Origin: Thermoproteota archaeon
GTDB taxonomy: Archaea; Korarchaeota; Korarchaeia; Korarchaeales; Korarchaeaceae
Length of the DNA stretch: 64,000 nucleotides
Reading direction: 5' to 3'
Assembly (NCBI GenBank): GCA_027492205.1
Contig: JAOZFN010000007.1
Span: forward strand, 283,278-347,277
Shown: positions 20,122 to 29,338 of the stretch, piece by piece
Position numbering within the stretch: the first letter of the stretch is position 1
How the letters are laid out: each line of letters opens with the position of its first letter
Made by a program: the position numbers and the translations under genes
Notes under the pieces: generated by a model
What the model was told of the DNA's origin: nothing
What the model saw: the letters and a program-made list of their open reading frames with translations, nothing else
Database searches by the model: none

Positions 20122-21387
20122 ATGAGGGTCGCCTCCCGGGCCGGGAGGCAGCTGATTTTGAGGAGTGCAAGGAGGATATCAAGCCTGGAGTCTTTCCTTT
20201 CCCCCGAGTTTTTTGAGGGGAGTTTAGGAGAAGTTTCCCCCACCGAGCGGGGCGAATGGAGGGCCGACGCGGCCGCAGAGGTCCCGGACGTGGCTGACTA
20301 CCCAGCCTTCGCCAGGCGACTCCACAGGCGGCTGAGGCCCAGGATCGGCTGGGGCCCCGAGGAGCTGGACGAACTCCTCTGGCCGGAGCCGACGCCGGAG
20401 CTGATGGCCAGGGCCAGGTTCCTGCTGGAGAGGGCCGGTCTAGATGAGAGTGGGGTCAGGAAGGCGGTCAGGGCGATGTTCGGGAGGAAGGGGGTCAGAG
20501 CGCTCGAGGCGGGGGCCAGGCTCAGGATCGGGTGGGTGGAGAAGGCCTTCCTCTACGAGAGGGCCTACGAGGTCACGCAGAGGGTGATGAGGGAGCACCC
20601 CGACTGGTGGGCCAAGAGGGTGAGGCGCGCGGTTAGCGAGGAACTCGGCATGGAGATGCCGCTGAGCACGGTCTACTGCTGGATGAAGAGGGGGAATCGA
20701 CCGAACGTGCTCCCGCTGAGGATGTGCCCCGCCCTGGGGACGGTGATGGGGATCGCGCTGAGCGACGGGGCCAAGACGGACAGCGCCAGGCTCAGGGTGA
20801 AGGACAGGGACTTCGCGGGGGCCTACGCGAGGGCCCTGGAGGAGGTGTCCGGTAGGAGGTTCGAGGTCAGGGGGCGCGGGGGGAGATACGAGGTGTTCCT
20901 CCGGGGCTCCCCGATACTCGAACTTATGAGGACGGGGCTGTGGAAGGTAGTGGCGTACCTGTATCCCTCTGAGTTCCTGGCGGCGCTGTTCAGTGGGGAC
21001 GGTTGGGTAACCCCGCAGCTGAACATCTGGGGTCTTCGACCCTCAATAGGGTTCGTGAACAGCAACCTGAGCCTCGTCGGCTTCACAGACTGGCTGCTGA
21101 GGAGGTTCTACGGGATAAGGATGGGATGGCTCCTTCAGGAGAGTGAGGGTGAGGTTCAGGTCATTCGAGGGCAGAGGGTCAGGGTGAGGGCCTCCTACAG
21201 GATCTACACATCAAACACGAGGTTCGTGGAAATCTACGCAGAGAGAATTGGCTTCGTGATAGAGAGGAAGCAGAGGATGCTGGAAGATCTGGTGGATATC
21301 TGGCGTCGCTTCGAGCCGAAGGATCGCCCTGAGGAGTTTAAGAGACGATACGAGAAAATCAACGGGAGGTGGGTTCGTAGGCATTGA
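20122..21387 (+). CDS. Free-standing LAGLIDADG homing-endonuclease-family protein with an N-terminal HTH
   Basis: Two LAGLIDADG-like helices 'VMGIALSDG' and 'FLAALFSGDGWV'; 'IGFVNSNLSLV', 'ERIGFVIERK'; HTH 'PLSTVYCWM'. Confidence 0.8.
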   Translation: MRVASRAGRQLILRSARRISSLESFLSPEFFEGSLGEVSPTERGEWRADAAAEVPDVADYPAFARRLHRRLRPRIGWGPEELDELLWPEPTPELMARARFLLERAGLDESGVRKAVRAMFGRKGVRALEAGARLRIGWVEKAFLYERAYEVTQRVMREHPDWWAKRVRRAVSEELGMEMPLSTVYCWMKRGNRPNVLPLRMCPALGTVMGIALSDGAKTDSARLRVKDRDFAGAYARALEEVSGRRFEVRGRGGRYEVFLRGSPILELMRTGLWKVVAYLYPSEFLAALFSGDGWVTPQLNIWGLRPSIGFVNSNLSLVGFTDWLLRRFYGIRMGWLLQESEGEVQVIRGQRVRVRASYRIYTSNTRFVEIYAERIGFVIERKQRMLEDLVDIWRRFEPKDRPEEFKRRYEKINGRWVRRH

Positions 21388-21420
21388 AACGAACGGAGAT
21401 GTCTCCGAACAAGGAGATAA

Positions 21421-21524
21421 TGGTGGACCGGGCGGGATTTGAACCCGCGAGCCTCCCGCAGATTAGGCCGGCCTAAAAGGCCAGCTTGCCAAGCGGGCGC
21501 TCTACCAGGCTGAGCTACCGGCCC
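21421..21524 (-). tRNA. tRNA-Ala(GGC) with a 26-nt canonical 37/38 intron (21461-21486) and encoded CCA
   Basis: GGGCCGG acceptor stem with G3:U70, anticodon arm CCCGC-UU-GGC-A, T-loop GGUUCAAAUCC; BHB helix UUGG/CUAA and intron hairpin GCUGGCC/GGCCGGC; TATA-like TTTAATT about 30 nt upstream. Confidence 0.96.
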
Positions 21525-21780
21525 ACGCAGGCAGGTAGAGGCCCGATGCGGTAATTAAACCTTACCTCCTCTCCCCTCCGCTCCACCCCCTCCCCGCTAC
21601 AGAAGGCCTCGCAACTCGGGCGGGTTTCTTCACGGTCTCCCCCACAGATCACTTTTTCTATAGCAGTCAACCCACGCCCTCCCTCCTTCCTTCTCTCTCC
21701 CGCCTTCCCGCCTTAACGCTGAAAACTATCCTCCGGCCAAACAACCGTTTTATTTCGTCTCGGCTTGAGATGAGGGGATC

Positions 21781-22209
21781 ATGAGGGACGGCCTCAGGCG
21801 CCTCCTCCTCTGGATAGTCCGCGAGTACGAGACCAGGTACCGCAGGGGCATCACCGTGACCAGGCTCATGAAGCTCCTCTACATGGTCGACCTGGAGCTG
21901 AGAAGGAGGGGGTTGCCCACCTCGGGCGTCAGGTGGGTCAGGTGGTACTACGGGCCCTTCTCCAGGGAGGTCATGAGCGGGATTAACGAGCTGATCGAGG
22001 AGGGGGAGCTGAGGAGGGAGGCCGTCGTCAGAGGGGACAAGATCATAGGGGTGCTCAGCTCGGAGAGCGGGGCCAGGCTGGAGCCGGAGGTCGAGGCGGT
22101 CGCCAGGAGAGTTGTTGGAGAGCTCGGAGGGCTGAAGTTCGAGAGGCTGCTGGACAGGGTCTACGCCACCTTCGACGAGGACAAGGACCTGGGGGACGAG
22201 GTGCCTTGA
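21781..22209 (+). CDS. SocA/Panacea (DUF4065)-like antitoxin
   Basis: 'TRLMKLLYMVD...RWYYGPFS'. Confidence 0.8.
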   Translation: MRDGLRRLLLWIVREYETRYRRGITVTRLMKLLYMVDLELRRRGLPTSGVRWVRWYYGPFSREVMSGINELIEEGELRREAVVRGDKIIGVLSSESGARLEPEVEAVARRVVGELGGLKFERLLDRVYATFDEDKDLGDEVP

Positions 22210-22607
22210 AGGCGCTGAGGCTCGTGAGGCTGGAGGGCCTGATCGGGAAGTTGGAGGAGCTGGTCAGGTCGGGGAGAGTGCCAGCATTCGAGGACACTGG
22301 GCCAGAGGACTACCCGGAGATGGACAGGGAGAGGCTCGAGGATCTCCTCGCGGAGGGCATCTACCACCTGGAGGAGGTCCCCGGGCGGATTCCGGCGCGG
22401 GCGGAGCTGGTGCTGAGGACCACGCTGGGGCTGCTGAGGTCTGCCAGAGAGGCCGACGACGAACTCCTGAGGAGGGCTCTGTTCATCTACGCGTTCTGCG
22501 AGGCCCTGGTCAGGGTCAGACCCAAGTCTAGCAAGCTGCTGAGGGCCTGCTGGGAGAGGATCGACTCAGAGGTGAGCAGAATTTCCGACGCCGTCTTCGC
22601 GCAGTGA
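22206..22607 (+). CDS. Hypothetical helical protein
   Basis: 4-bp overlap with the upstream gene; 4-nt gap to the PIN-like gene. Confidence 0.65.
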   Translation: MKALRLVRLEGLIGKLEELVRSGRVPAFEDTGPEDYPEMDRERLEDLLAEGIYHLEEVPGRIPARAELVLRTTLGLLRSAREADDELLRRALFIYAFCEALVRVRPKSSKLLRACWERIDSEVSRISDAVFAQ

Positions 22608-22611
22608 GGTC

Positions 22612-23307
22612 GTGGTGCTCGACACCTACTACTACTTCAGGCCCTGGTCACTGGTTGAGCTGAGGGGGCATCTTCGTGGAAGGAGGGTGATCCTTATAGC
22701 TCCTCATCAGCTACGCACGATTCTGAGCCATCTAAACACTAGGCGGGTGGAGATCATCAACAGGTGGGATAGGAGGATCGTGGAGCGAGGTAGGGGGAGG
22801 CCCAAGCCCTGGCGAAGTCTAGCCAGGAAGCTTAAGGATGCGGATCTACTGTGCGCACTCTACCTAGGGTGGGAGCTCTCAAGAGAGCCCTTAGGTAGGA
22901 TGCTCCGCATGAAGTCGGGGCTCAAGATAACGCGAGGAGATGTCGCTGACCTGAAGTATGGGCTGGACGAGTCTATAGAGGAGGAATCCCTGCGGGACTT
23001 TTTGAGGGAGCTGATTCGCGATCTCACCTCGGCTGATCTCGAGATCAGGAACGTAACGGTGAGTTCCAGGGAGGTCTCCCAGGTGAAGGCCAGGCTCATT
23101 GAAGAGCTGTGCGCCGCTCAGAATTGTCGTAAGAGCAAGCCCGACAGTGAAGATCTGATTCTCCTGCTGACCATTAACAAGCTGCGAGAGCGAGTGAGAG
23201 TGTATGCGATAGAGAGAGATAGGGGTGAGTGCTTCGCCTGCGCTCTGAGACATCTTCTCAAAACAGACCAAGCGTGGCGAGACAAGATTAGGATTGGACA
23301 GCTTTAG
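22612..23307 (+). CDS. Divergent PIN-domain protein
   Basis: N-terminal 'VLDTYY', C-terminal 'PDSEDLILL...AIERD'. Confidence 0.55.
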   Translation: MVLDTYYYFRPWSLVELRGHLRGRRVILIAPHQLRTILSHLNTRRVEIINRWDRRIVERGRGRPKPWRSLARKLKDADLLCALYLGWELSREPLGRMLRMKSGLKITRGDVADLKYGLDESIEEESLRDFLRELIRDLTSADLEIRNVTVSSREVSQVKARLIEELCAAQNCRKSKPDSEDLILLLTINKLRERVRVYAIERDRGECFACALRHLLKTDQAWRDKIRIGQL

Positions 23308-23738
23308 ATCCCAGCTTGCCTTACTATCTCCTCGTACCTCTTCTTCGTTAGCCTCTCTCCAGCTACGGTGACGAATCTTTTGGGCCTATACGGCTTTGAA
23401 TACCTCCTTAGGCCCCTCAGCGGTATGACTAGAAGCTTCTTTGCCCTGGGCTTTCCCCTCACGTAGGCCGCCAACTCCTCTCTGTTGAGCATCAGCCTCC
23501 TCCCGTACTTCTTCACCGCCTCTTCTGGCTCAAGCATCTCCACCGCCTCCGCCGTCCCCTCTCCCACTATAGCCCTCACGTCCCCAGAGGCGTAGAACAG
23601 GATCTTGGAGCCTGGCCGCAGGTCCTTGTAGACCGTTGGCACCTTCACGAATACCGTCCTACCTTCGTCGAATATCCTGGAGATCAGCTCGCCGGGGAGC
23701 GGGAATATGGCTCCCACGATCTCATCGTTAGATGACAT
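23304..23738 (-). CDS. DUF365 / ASCH-PUA-like protein
   Basis: 'FPLP...RIFDEGRTVFVK...LRPGSKILFYAS...IVGEG'. Confidence 0.8.
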   Translation of the reverse strand: MSSNDEIVGAIFPLPGELISRIFDEGRTVFVKVPTVYKDLRPGSKILFYASGDVRAIVGEGTAEAVEMLEPEEAVKKYGRRLMLNREELAAYVRGKPRAKKLLVIPLRGLRRYSKPYRPKRFVTVAGERLTKKRYEEIVRQAGI

Positions 23739-23788
23739 CGGGTTGTTGGTTTCAAGTGATTAGGATAAAGGCTTGCAGTTGAAGAGAG

Positions 23789-26700
23789 CTAGGCAGTTCC
23801 TTCGAATATTCTCAGAGTCTCTTCGAGGGCTTCCAGCTCTTCTGAAGTTAGGTCGTAGAGCTGGGCTACCAGTTCGTCAATCTCGTCCTCAACCTCTCGT
23901 AGGGCTTCGATATCGCCTTCAGCGGCTAGGTTGTGAGCTTTTTTAGATAATTCCGCAAGATTCAAGTGAAGTGGGTTCTCTGTATCGAATTTGGGTACTC
24001 TTACATGTTCTAATATGTGCGTGGAGATCGCCGTTTCTATCGTGTACCCCGCGACTATCGCCCTTACAGGCGCCGAGTTCAGGACTGCAGATACGTAATG
24101 TGCCTCCAACTCGTTATTGAATGGTATGTAGGTAAGCTTGTGGTCTGGTAAGACTGGCTTCCTTCCTAAGAGTGGGTGTTCAATCGGTCCGATTACGGCG
24201 GCCTGAAAGAGGCCTTTCCCCGAGATCCTGCCAGAAACTTCTCTCCAAGCAACTTTAAATGTACTTATTGCTGGTTCGGCATTAAATATCCAGTAAAATG
24301 GCGGTATTCCTTCAATATTTTCAAGCCGTCTATCCCTGTAAGGTCTCAGCTTGGATCGGTAAGGCTCAGTGTTTCTTCTAACGAGTTCGTCAAAAAACTC
24401 AATGAAATATGAATAAGTCAGGGGATATTTAGTCCTCATTTCGACGGATGGTACTACCCTACCATCTTTTGTGAGGGGGAGTATCATGTAAGTAGATGGG
24501 TAAGCAATCCATCTCTTGAGGTCTCTCCCTCTAACTAGAGGGTAAACCAGATCGGGCTCTACGACCGCTTCAACTGATTTTAGTTTCTTCTTGCTAATCT
24601 CTGACATGTTTCTGACTAGAATTCCTTCAGGCTGACTGGAAAGTAGTTGGACCCAGTACACGCCATTTAGCCCTGGATGAACCCCTACGTAAGCTTTGTA
24701 GCTAGACTTACCTAACAGCTTGTAAATGCCCATAGATGCCATCTTACTAGTCAAAATCCAGGGGGCGGCGGCATCATAGCTGGTATTGTCTTTCTGTATC
24801 GGTTCTAATATCATCTCAACGCGGTTTGAAAGACTGGCGACCTCTTCAATGTCGGCAGCGTTGGGATCGTATCCTTCTCCGGATTTTGACCAAACGATAC
24901 ACCTTACTGGAAAGTGAGATACGCCCTTTTTCAAGACTATTAGGGAGGTTCTGTTAGTAGCCCCCTCGAACGGACGCATTTCAACGAGGTCGTGTATAAC
25001 GATTAACTCACACTTAGTTGCGAGGAATCGTCTGAAGCTGGATCCAGCTTTAGTCTTGAATACCGTGAAGGGGATTAACATGCTGAGCCTACCATTTTCA
25101 TTCATGTATCTCTCGACGGAAGTAGTCACGAACAACATGGCGATATCTCTGTTAATTCTACCTATCCCCCTCCCCCCTCCCTCAAAGAGACCGAACTTTG
25201 CCCACAAGTCTCGGGTGACCTCCCTGTAGTCCTCAGGAAGGCTCTCCCAGTTGATCCACGGGGGGTTCCCCACAACGTAGTCGAACCTTCCGACGAAGAG
25301 AGGCGCAAAGGAGTTTGCGAGTATCCTGAGCCATATCCTATCCTTCCCCTCTTCCTCCAGCTCCCTCAGCCTGTTGAACAGCGCAGCCAGGGCATCCACC
25401 TCTTCGGATGTGCACTCTACCTCCCTGGCCAGAAGCTGCCTGAACTGCTCCTCAGGATACCTGTTCCTCACGCAGTGCTCCATCACCCTGAGCACGTTGG
25501 CCAGCTCGCCCCTCTCCACCACGCCGGTGGGGACCTCGAACTCCCCGACAACCGTCCTGAGCACGTACGAGGACTCCAGCAGCCTCGTCCTCTGCTCCAC
25601 CAGGATCGAGTCGCAGAGGTACACGGGTATCACTACCGGTTCCCTCCTCTCCCTGATCAGCGGTCCCAGGGTGAGTAGGTAGTTCGCCCTGGCCGCTATG
25701 ACGGCCAGTGGGTTGAGGTCGAAGCCCACTATGTTCTCCGTCACCTTCTCCAGCACTTCCGCGGGGTCTAGGAACTCCTCCTCCGCTCTCTCCCTGACCC
25801 TCTTCAGGGCTAGCACCAAGAATGTCCCGGAGCCGCACGCGGGGTCTAGGAGCCTCTTGCTCGGGTCGCCGTCGTAGCCGACCTCGTTCAGCACAAGCTC
25901 CGCTAGCCAGTCAGGAGTGTAGAACTCGCCGAGGTCGTGTCTTATCCTCCTCGGAACCAGGTTCTGGTAGAGTTCCTTGAAGAGGTCCCTCACCCTCTCG
26001 GGCTCCAGCTCGGCCGTCCCTACCTCGTAGTCTGACAGCCTCTGCACCACCCTGGCCAGGGCCCGCGCCAGCTCCCCGTCCCACTCGTTGAGGTACCACG
26101 AGAAGTAGTCTGCCTCCAGGAAGTTCAGTATTCCCAGCTGCCTGAAGACGCCCCCGTCCTCCAGCCTCGCCAGCTCGTCCCTCAGCCCCTCTGCGGAGGA
26201 GTAGTACGCGGACTCCAGCCTCCTCCAGTAGGACTGGATCAGCGAGTCGCCGTAGAGCGCCGCAACCTCGGCCGCTATCAGCTTCATCAGCAGGGCATAG
26301 TAGGTGTGGATGGCGAAGAGGAGCCTCTCCGGATCGGCGTCCCTCATCTCGTACTGCCTCTGGAGCCCCTCTATCTTCCTGCGGGAGTAGGCGCAGACCT
26401 GAGAAAAGACCCTCCTCCAGTCCTCGAACAGCACCTCTGTCCTGGGAGATTGCGGATTCGAGAGCCTCTGATAGAGCACCCTTATCGCGTGCCTGGCTAC
26501 GTCGCTCCTGGGGCCGAAGTCCGAGATGAGGAACTGAGCGTCCAGCGGTTTCCTCCTAAGTCCTCTTAAGGCCTCCACGAGCTTGGAGAGAGCCCTGGCG
26601 GAGACGGAGTAGGGACCGTCACTGAGCCACTGCTTGTCTCGAGAGCGGTACCTCACGAAGCCAATCTGCCGCCCGTCTAGTACGACGCCGAAGTACCTAC

Positions 26701-27034
26701 TGAACTCAGCCTCCCTCCCCTCAGCCAGGATGATGATGTAGCTCCTGACCTGCGCCGCGGCGCCGGTGAAGCCTGAGCTGCTCGAGAGCGTGCCAGGCCG
26801 CTTGTACTCAATGACGACCTTCCCGTACAATGCGTCGGGCCTGACGCCCTCTGCGAGCGTCCTCTCGTGGGCGGGCTCCCAATGCAGCTCCAGCGCCTCG
26901 AAGACCTCCTTTAAGACGGCCTCGACTCGCGTCCTGAGCTCGGCCTCGTTGCGCGACTCGTCCGCGGCCCTGAGTATGGAGGCGGCCACCTGATCTAGGT
27001 CTATGGGTTTAGCTGGCAAGGCCCTCGGGGGCAT
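23789..27034 (-). CDS. Type IIG restriction-modification enzyme (REase + N6-adenine MTase + TRD)
   Basis: N-terminal 'RPDALYGKVVIEYK' (PD..ExK); 'LGEFYTP', motif I 'LDPACGSGTF', motif IV 'GNPPW'; C-terminal TRD. Confidence 0.93.
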   Translation of the reverse strand: MPPRALPAKPIDLDQVAASILRAADESRNEAELRTRVEAVLKEVFEALELHWEPAHERTLAEGVRPDALYGKVVIEYKRPGTLSSSSGFTGAAAQVRSYIIILAEGREAEFSRYFGVVLDGRQIGFVRYRSRDKQWLSDGPYSVSARALSKLVEALRGLRRKPLDAQFLISDFGPRSDVARHAIRVLYQRLSNPQSPRTEVLFEDWRRVFSQVCAYSRRKIEGLQRQYEMRDADPERLLFAIHTYYALLMKLIAAEVAALYGDSLIQSYWRRLESAYYSSAEGLRDELARLEDGGVFRQLGILNFLEADYFSWYLNEWDGELARALARVVQRLSDYEVGTAELEPERVRDLFKELYQNLVPRRIRHDLGEFYTPDWLAELVLNEVGYDGDPSKRLLDPACGSGTFLVLALKRVRERAEEEFLDPAEVLEKVTENIVGFDLNPLAVIAARANYLLTLGPLIRERREPVVIPVYLCDSILVEQRTRLLESSYVLRTVVGEFEVPTGVVERGELANVLRVMEHCVRNRYPEEQFRQLLAREVECTSEEVDALAALFNRLRELEEEGKDRIWLRILANSFAPLFVGRFDYVVGNPPWINWESLPEDYREVTRDLWAKFGLFEGGGRGIGRINRDIAMLFVTTSVERYMNENGRLSMLIPFTVFKTKAGSSFRRFLATKCELIVIHDLVEMRPFEGATNRTSLIVLKKGVSHFPVRCIVWSKSGEGYDPNAADIEEVASLSNRVEMILEPIQKDNTSYDAAAPWILTSKMASMGIYKLLGKSSYKAYVGVHPGLNGVYWVQLLSSQPEGILVRNMSEISKKKLKSVEAVVEPDLVYPLVRGRDLKRWIAYPSTYMILPLTKDGRVVPSVEMRTKYPLTYSYFIEFFDELVRRNTEPYRSKLRPYRDRRLENIEGIPPFYWIFNAEPAISTFKVAWREVSGRISGKGLFQAAVIGPIEHPLLGRKPVLPDHKLTYIPFNNELEAHYVSAVLNSAPVRAIVAGYTIETAISTHILEHVRVPKFDTENPLHLNLAELSKKAHNLAAEGDIEALREVEDEIDELVAQLYDLTSEELEALEETLRIFEGTA

Positions 27035-27182
27035 TGTATCGCGCTCGGTACTTTAAATGCCTAGTTAAGGCTGTAGGAACATGGGAAAGATTTCCTATTC
27101 ACTGGCCGCAAGTCTCATGGGTAGAATTTCTTCCTGCACCTAAGCCACCTAGCTCGTCAGCTCTATTGGGCCAGCAAACGTT

Positions 27183-28292
27183 GTGGGCAGCAGATTCGGA
27201 CAAACAGGTATTCTGATACCCCGAACTGTTGAAAAGAGAAAATATAACTGTTCTAGGGCAACTTTTATAAGGAATATAGCTGGAAACAAGAGTGTTATGC
27301 AGGGGAACCCTTGGGCTAATCCAGGGATGGCCGTTAAAAAAGTACTCCTAAATACGGGTCTCTACCGGAAGGTCGAGGAGGAGTTCTTCGACCTGTTTGA
27401 CCTGAAGACCAGCGGCGCCGAAGCAGTGCTGCTGGCCGCATATGGAAGTCACAGGTCGTTCTACCTTGTCGATGAAGACAGGGTGGCCATACCTCCCCGG
27501 GAAGAGGACCTGGTGGTTTGTCCTCCGGTGCCGCTTAGAGAACTGAGCCCAAGAGACGTTGTAAAAAGCCCAATGCCGACGGCTTGGCCCACTCACGATT
27601 GGGAACTCCTGAGAAGACTCCTAACCGGCGAGAAGTACGTTTTGCTGCGAGATGTCCGAGATGTCAGGAGTCTCCTAGAAAGAGTCAAGTCCGCAGGGAT
27701 TGAACCTACTGACGTGCTCGTGGCTCCGGTTCTTTCAGATTTCAGGCCGGACTGGGAACCCGGCTTTCTAGTGTACCTTGCCGGATTGGCCTTGAGGTCC
27801 CGGGGTTACCTAGTGGCAGGGGAGGGTCCCGGTCCGCTGAGGTTCTTCGGTCCCGACCTGTGCGCCTTCAGAACCAGTCAATTCTGCGAGGGAGCCTTTC
27901 TACTGGAGCTTCTCCTAGGAAAGAAGTTGAAGAAAGGTTATTCAGAAGAGAGCGCTTGCGTTATAGAGGTGGAAGCTCAAAGGAGAATTTTAGACAGTAA
28001 GCACGGCGTGGCCCAGGCCCTGAAGTACGTTAACTGGAGTGAAGGCCGTCTGGGCAAGGCTTTTGTCGCTGGCGCATTTCTCGAGGCTTATCAAATAGAA
28101 GAGGCAGTAAGGCGAGGATGCGGCGTTATATCTCTATCACCAGATGGCGATATTGTGTTTATAGATGCCAGAGATCTCTCCATCCAAGAACTCCAGCACG
28201 AATTTCTACAGTACGTGAGTGATGTAATCTCTCAGCTTGAATTACGCGCTGAGAGGTGTCCATTCTTACCTCGAAGGGAAGAGGTATCCTAG
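27183..28292 (+). CDS. Hypothetical protein with a C-terminal PD-(D/E)xK-like nuclease domain (likely start ATG about 27328)
   Basis: 'LRSRGYLV...GPDLCAF...VIEVEA...GVAQALKY'. Confidence 0.55.
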   Translation: MGSRFGQTGILIPRTVEKRKYNCSRATFIRNIAGNKSVMQGNPWANPGMAVKKVLLNTGLYRKVEEEFFDLFDLKTSGAEAVLLAAYGSHRSFYLVDEDRVAIPPREEDLVVCPPVPLRELSPRDVVKSPMPTAWPTHDWELLRRLLTGEKYVLLRDVRDVRSLLERVKSAGIEPTDVLVAPVLSDFRPDWEPGFLVYLAGLALRSRGYLVAGEGPGPLRFFGPDLCAFRTSQFCEGAFLLELLLGKKLKKGYSEESACVIEVEAQRRILDSKHGVAQALKYVNWSEGRLGKAFVAGAFLEAYQIEEAVRRGCGVISLSPDGDIVFIDARDLSIQELQHEFLQYVSDVISQLELRAERCPFLPRREEVS

Positions 28293-28293
28293 A

Positions 28294-29338
28294 TCAGACA
28301 TCTACAAGTTGACGGTAGTCTCTAATTCCGGCGGCCCTATCCAAGGCAACTCCTACTATCCTCTTTACCTCTCTGAGGTTTCTCTCCAGCTGATCGAAAG
28401 CGCTCATCCAAGGATTCCCGGTCTTGCGTTCCTTGGTAAAGTAGAGGAGCGTGTACCCTTCACTTCCCGAGTACACCTCTAACTTCTTCACCCTCATTGA
28501 GCTTTCTCTCAAAGCCCTCACGTACGCATCGACGACCTTGTGGTAGGGGACTTCACCTAGCCTGAGGCGCTCCCTCCATAGAGCCTCATAGGCGGGCCCT
28601 AAGAACTTGGCACACTTGCTGGCCGGATCGGGTGGTCCTTTGAATTCTCTCCCTAGTGCCCTAGCTAGACCCACATGATTCAGCAGTACCATGACATCGG
28701 CTCCTCTGTCTACCAAGTCCATTAGGGTCTCATAGTAAACATTCGCTCCTTCGTTATCTGCGAACACTAATGCGTGCTCTCCTCTCTCCGGAGCGACTTC
28801 CTGCCAACCTTCGTTACAATCACCGTGACGAATATCCACGCGAGGTATCGCTTGCTCGCCATTAGTCTCGGAGCCTATGGGCGTCACAAGATCATTCTCA
28901 AACATCCACTGAACCCTGGCCCTCAGGGCGTCTGCTCTGGCCTCTTTGATCTCAAATCCAACTACCTCATCAAAGGGTCCGTTTAGCTTCCCGCTGAGAA
29001 TCAACGGGGTTGACCCTACTAGAAATTAGGGGCTCCCCGCTGGCCTCGAGTTTGTACAGCCTACAACCAGCTAGAAGATCAATGAACTTTATTTTCCTCG
29101 GCCAGATCGTTCTCCTTTGCTCTACACGTTTTCTCTGCTGGGACCTCATCACCCGTACATAGACATCGGCCATCCATGCCAGCGCGACGAGTTTTACGGC
29201 AGTTTTAGGCGAAGTTACCTCGTAGAACTCTTCTGAAACGCGGGATAGTTCTTTCCCTAACGTGATTATGTTCTCAAACTTAGAGGAAAGCCAGTCTAGG
29301 AGACTCGGATACCTGCTCCTTACTCTACGCAATTGCAC
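28294..29338 (-). pseudogene. tcmP: TcmP-like (three-Cys-motif partner) SAM-binding protein, split by a single frameshift near 29022
   Basis: 'TAVKLVAL...Y...KFIDLLAGC', then in the +1 frame 'LVGSTPLIL...GFEIK...HGDCNE...LVFADNEG'; one extra T in CTAATTTCTAGTA would explain the split. Confidence 0.7.

Noticed and set aside
21421-21460. attL/attR duplication of the tRNA 3' end defining an integrated element
   Set aside because: No second copy and no integrase noticed in the window
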